From: an uncultured Rivularia sp. | GTDB taxonomy: Bacteria; Cyanobacteriota; Cyanobacteriia; Cyanobacteriales; Nostocaceae | Assembly: GCA_963665115.1 (NCBI GenBank) | Contig: OY762007.1 | Coordinates: 5,216,001 to 5,280,000 of the forward strand | Length of the DNA stretch: 64,000 nucleotides | Direction of reading: 5' to 3' | Shown: piece after piece, positions 60,700 to 64,000 of the stretch | Numbering within the stretch: position 1 is the first letter of the stretch | Layout: each line of letters opens with the position of its first letter | Notes under the pieces: generated by a model | Databases searched by the model: none | Told to the model about the DNA's origin: nothing | Seen by the model: only the letters and a program-made list of their open reading frames with translations | Translations under genes and position numbers: made by a program

Positions 60700-62262
60700 C
60701 TAATTTTCAATGCGAAATTCCCAAGTTTGACTCTTAGTGCTACCAAATTTCAAGTGCATTCCCGATTCTAAAGGTACTTCTCGTCGGTAGATTTGTTCCC
60801 AACCACCGGAACGTAAAATCCAAGTAGTGCCATAGGTCGAAAAATCTTGTAAATAGTAAGTTTGGATTTGAATCTCGCCGTTGAGGTTATTACGACGTAG
60901 AATTTCAGCGTGACGTTTTGAAACTGAAGGTTCTCTAATTACAATATCATTTTCTTTAGTGCGACCAATACGGGTAACTCCAGGCTTGAGTAAGTAACTT
61001 CTGCCTCCTGCTTGTAAAGAACGTAGGGAAACATTAGCACTACCGGGAATAAAAGTTGTTGGTATTTCTGTAGCACCTTCCTCAAAACTCTTTAGTAATT
61101 CTCCGTCAAAATGAGGATGTAGGTAAAGAACTGGTAGAGTCCAAGCAGGTTGGTTGAAATGATAAATAGTTAATAATCTTTTTCTACCTTCAGCGACTGC
61201 TTCATCAATGGGTTTGCGAGTACGTAAAGCTAAAGCAAAAGTTTGAATAAAGCTGTGGCTTTCCTCATCAGTAATTTCATCGCGCATTCCCAGTACTGCT
61301 GGTACACCTTGACGGATCAGAACTTCAGCTAAACTACTATGAGCAATGGCTCTATTTTTGTCAGAGAAAGGTTGCGCTCCCCAACAAGCATTAAAAACTG
61401 CCAGCTTTACATCACTACGGGTTAAAGCTTGTGCTAGTTCCATACCGTTTAAGGTCATGTCATCTAGTAAAAATAGAAACCCGCCATCGGGACCTGGTAA
61501 ACCATGACCGGCATAAAAGAAAACGTTGTAGGCTTTGGTTTCTAGCTCCGAAATTAACTGCTGTGGAGTTGGCTTTACCAATGTTTTGACCATGCAAGCA
61601 GCGTATCCCGAATTGCTACCTACTTGATTACCACCAGAAAGAGTCGCCTGAAGAATAGCTGCTTCTGTTTCAAGTTGGAGATTTTCGTCTTCACCTAGAA
61701 CTAACAAGATATTTAAAGCTTGATCGGTACGCGAAGAAGCTAATGGTTCGACTTGAGAAGTAGTACGACTAAACAATAGATGTTGAGAAAGCGACATTGC
61801 GGGTTGTCCAGGTTCGCGCTGCATAACTTCCCAAGGAAGAGCAATCAAATCTGGTTCGCGGATTTCCAATCGAAAGCGCAAACGTGTATGCTGACCCATA
61901 GCGATACCGCGACTGCGTTCCAAACTGCCAAGAATTTCTCCTTCAAATACCCAGCGCCATAAGCTAACTCCCATATATTGCATTAAACGGCTGCTATAAC
62001 TGGTTTTTTTGCCGGAAGTTGGTGATAGGGAATTTAAGGGAAGTGGAGTTGCAGTTTTAGACTTATTTTTCGGCAATATATCCAAGCGAGAATGTCCGGC
62101 GAACATTTCTTGCCACTCTAGCCAAGCTTGATTTAGTTCTGGCGGCCATAAACAATCATGTAAAACATAACCACTGGGATACGGGGCATTTACCACCCAA
62201 ATGGCGTAATTATCTGTGCCAGTGTGAACTAGACGGGCGATCGCCAGGTTTAGGGATGGCAT
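60700..62262 (-). CDS. CHAT (caspase/HetF-like) protease with C-terminal FHA domain
   Basis: LPWE, YAGHG, FNACWG, VLGMR; FHA IGR...VSKRHA...STYGT. Confidence 0.88.
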   Translation of the reverse strand: MPSLNLAIARLVHTGTDNYAIWVVNAPYPSGYVLHDCLWPPELNQAWLEWQEMFAGHSRLDILPKNKSKTATPLPLNSLSPTSGKKTSYSSRLMQYMGVSLWRWVFEGEILGSLERSRGIAMGQHTRLRFRLEIREPDLIALPWEVMQREPGQPAMSLSQHLLFSRTTSQVEPLASSRTDQALNILLVLGEDENLQLETEAAILQATLSGGNQVGSNSGYAACMVKTLVKPTPQQLISELETKAYNVFFYAGHGLPGPDGGFLFLLDDMTLNGMELAQALTRSDVKLAVFNACWGAQPFSDKNRAIAHSSLAEVLIRQGVPAVLGMRDEITDEESHSFIQTFALALRTRKPIDEAVAEGRKRLLTIYHFNQPAWTLPVLYLHPHFDGELLKSFEEGATEIPTTFIPGSANVSLRSLQAGGRSYLLKPGVTRIGRTKENDIVIREPSVSKRHAEILRRNNLNGEIQIQTYYLQDFSTYGTTWILRSGGWEQIYRREVPLESGMHLKFGSTKSQTWEFRIEN

Positions 62263-62385
62263 GGATTCTTTAAACTTAAAGCTAAATTTTTGTCAAGCAA
62301 AATGTTTACCTAAAAATTATATTTTCAGGCGATTATCTGTTTATTTCAGTTTCTTATAGTTTATCGAGTTTTGAGATGGGTGCTG

Positions 62386-64000
62386 CTACCCATTTGGGGT
62401 AGGTAATGGAGTTGAGCCAGGGATATTACCAGGGGTTGGTTGAATTAAAGGCTGGTTGGGAGTCAAGGAATCTTCAACGGGCACCGAAGTAGAAGAATCT
62501 TCAATCGCTGGAGCCGAACTATCTGCGGTTGAACATTGTTCTGAAGCAGTAGTTGGATCGCCTATTGAAGCATTGGATGGTGTAAGTTGTGAACTTTTTA
62601 ACCATACTTGTTCGCCCGGTTTGAGTAAGGTTTTGCTGCCAGTGGTTGCTGTGGGAGCAGACGAGTTAGACGAATCAATCGCCCCTTCGGCATCTCCCAC
62701 TGAGCATACCCTAATCCGTAACCAATAATCTTGTGATGATGAAATCCGCTGTTTCTGCACAACTTGTAACAAACTAGCAGGTGGTGCAAAAATTGGTAGT
62801 GGTTGAGCAGGTACATTGTCGGCAGGTGGCAACGTGCTTTTACTGAGGTCTAATTTTGCTTTGGCATTGATCAACCAGCCTTTATCAATTTGAGCAAGTC
62901 TTTTCGCATTATCCCCAGAAGTTTCCTTGGGGCTGCTCGACGGTGTTATTTGTGATTGTCCTACTTCTTTTGGCTGAGAATCGCGACTAAGCAATCCTTG
63001 CCGCCATAAATATCCTATACTACCCCCAACTATAGTTAATAAAGCAACTACTCCCAACATTAAGGGCAAACTCATGCCTTTGCGAGTAGTTTTTTCGGGA
63101 ATGACCTGAGTTTTCTGATTGGGAATATTTTGTGTGGCAGGGGCTAAACGTGAAGAATCCGCTACCGAAATTGAAGAAACGTCGGCTAGATTTGCCTCCA
63201 ATGCTAACTTTGGCTCTGAATATTTAGTTTGACAATGTATGGTGGCGATAGTCACGTTGTCATGACCGTTTTGATTGTTAGCAATCTCTAACAATTGCTT
63301 AGTAACGCTAACTACATCACCATTTTGATTGAGTAACGGTAAAATTTCTGTCTCCCAGTATTGTTCTACACGGTCGAAATCACTTAGACCATCCGAACAC
63401 AGTAGAAAAACGCAGTCTTCATCAATGATGAATCGCTGTGCCGTTGGGTGTAAAGCGCTACTCGCATTCATCCCCAATGCTTGTACCAAGGAACCAGAAG
63501 CAGCCTGACCTACGGCATCTCGATAAACCGCATAGCCAAGTCGCACTTCCCGTGAAGCCACATCATCGTCAAGAGTTATTTGATGACAGTTATTGCGTGT
63601 AATTAAGTAAGCACGACTGTCCCCTACATGGGTAATATACATTTCATGGGCAACAGGTAGCGCCATCACCACAGTAGTTCCCATGCGCTGCCGTCCTTGA
63701 CGATTTTCGCTATCGTTCAGCTGGCTAATTTTATCGTTGGCAATAGCAGCAGCTTGTTCCAAGTCTGCAAGTAATGCGTAAGGATTAATACGGTCCTCTG
63801 GCAAAGAAGCCAATTGCGCTACCTGCTGTTGAATTGTTTCAATCGCCGTTCTAGAAGCGACATCGCCCCCTTCATGTCCACCAATACCGTCACAAACGAT
63901 AGTCAAAGCTGATTTTGACGGTGGTTTAGAGATAGTAGTACCGCTTTGGGGATAACAAGAATCTTCATTTCGTTGGCGCGATGGTCCGGTATCTGTCAGC
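62386..64000 (-). CDS. Membrane-anchored PP2C-type Ser/Thr phosphatase (PrpJ-like); 5' end outside the window
   Basis: TDTG..RQRNED, VCDGIGGH.GG, MGTT, HVGDSRAY, LCSDGL, GHDNVT; TM segment; frame open to window edge. Confidence 0.88.
   Translation of the reverse strand, partial: LTDTGPSRQRNEDSCYPQSGTTISKPPSKSALTIVCDGIGGHEGGDVASRTAIETIQQQVAQLASLPEDRINPYALLADLEQAAAIANDKISQLNDSENRQGRQRMGTTVVMALPVAHEMYITHVGDSRAYLITRNNCHQITLDDDVASREVRLGYAVYRDAVGQAASGSLVQALGMNASSALHPTAQRFIIDEDCVFLLCSDGLSDFDRVEQYWETEILPLLNQNGDVVSVTKQLLEIANNQNGHDNVTIATIHCQTKYSEPKLALEANLADVSSISVADSSRLAPATQNIPNQKTQVIPEKTTRKGMSLPLMLGVVALLTIVGGSIGYLWRQGLLSRDSQPKEVGQSQITPSSSPKETSGDNAKRLAQIDKGWLINAKAKLDLSKSTLPPADNVPAQPLPIFAPPASLLQVVQKQRISSSQDYWLRIRVCSVGDAEGAIDSSNSSAPTATTGSKTLLKPGEQVWLKSSQLTPSNASIGDPTTASEQCSTADSSAPAIEDSSTSVPVEDSLTPNQPLIQPTPGNIPGSTPLPTPNG

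Noticed and set aside
1040..62816. Other short overlapping ORFs in the six-frame track (60-145 aa)
   Set aside because: Antisense or out-of-frame shadows of well-supported genes

Overview
AT-rich chromosome segment of a heterocyst-forming (Nostocales-like) cyanobacterium, inferred from HIP1 GCGATCGC sites, heptamer STRR repeats, ntcB-cnaT and an NtcA box. Most genes are housekeeping or envelope genes (birA, ribE, cobT, crp, gmd, fcl, pgsA, aspA, ppa, panD). Three accessory layers stand out. (1) A ~7 kb defence island (7367-14065) holds an ABC-ATPase plus TOPRIM-like DUF3226 pair, a Uma2 nuclease, a C5-methyltransferase convergent with a controller (C) plus unrecognised putative restriction nuclease operon, and a DUF262/DUF1524 (GmrSD-like) protein. 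The M and C upstream regions share a 13-bp operator. (2) A complete tnpB-only IS200/IS605-family element (27012-28353) has ends, TAM (TCAT) and guide that can be read from the sequence; its tnpB has no in-frame TTA/CTA/TCA codons over 359 codons, leaving a 392-codon antisense ORF that stops on the TAM. (3) Many small mobile repeats occur: TIR-bounded MITE shells with TA or 9-bp target duplications carrying REP hairpins, a four-level nested stack at 26538-26943, covarying hairpins, and repeats translated in frame inside CobT and a U32 protein. Also seen are a likely NsiR4 sRNA, a likely Yfr1 target site, an MBL pseudoenzyme and an FHA-protease/PP2C cluster. Five genes carry +1 frameshifts in short homopolymers, most likely assembly errors. 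No rRNA, tRNA or CRISPR array was found. Family assignments come from motif recognition and recall, not database searches.
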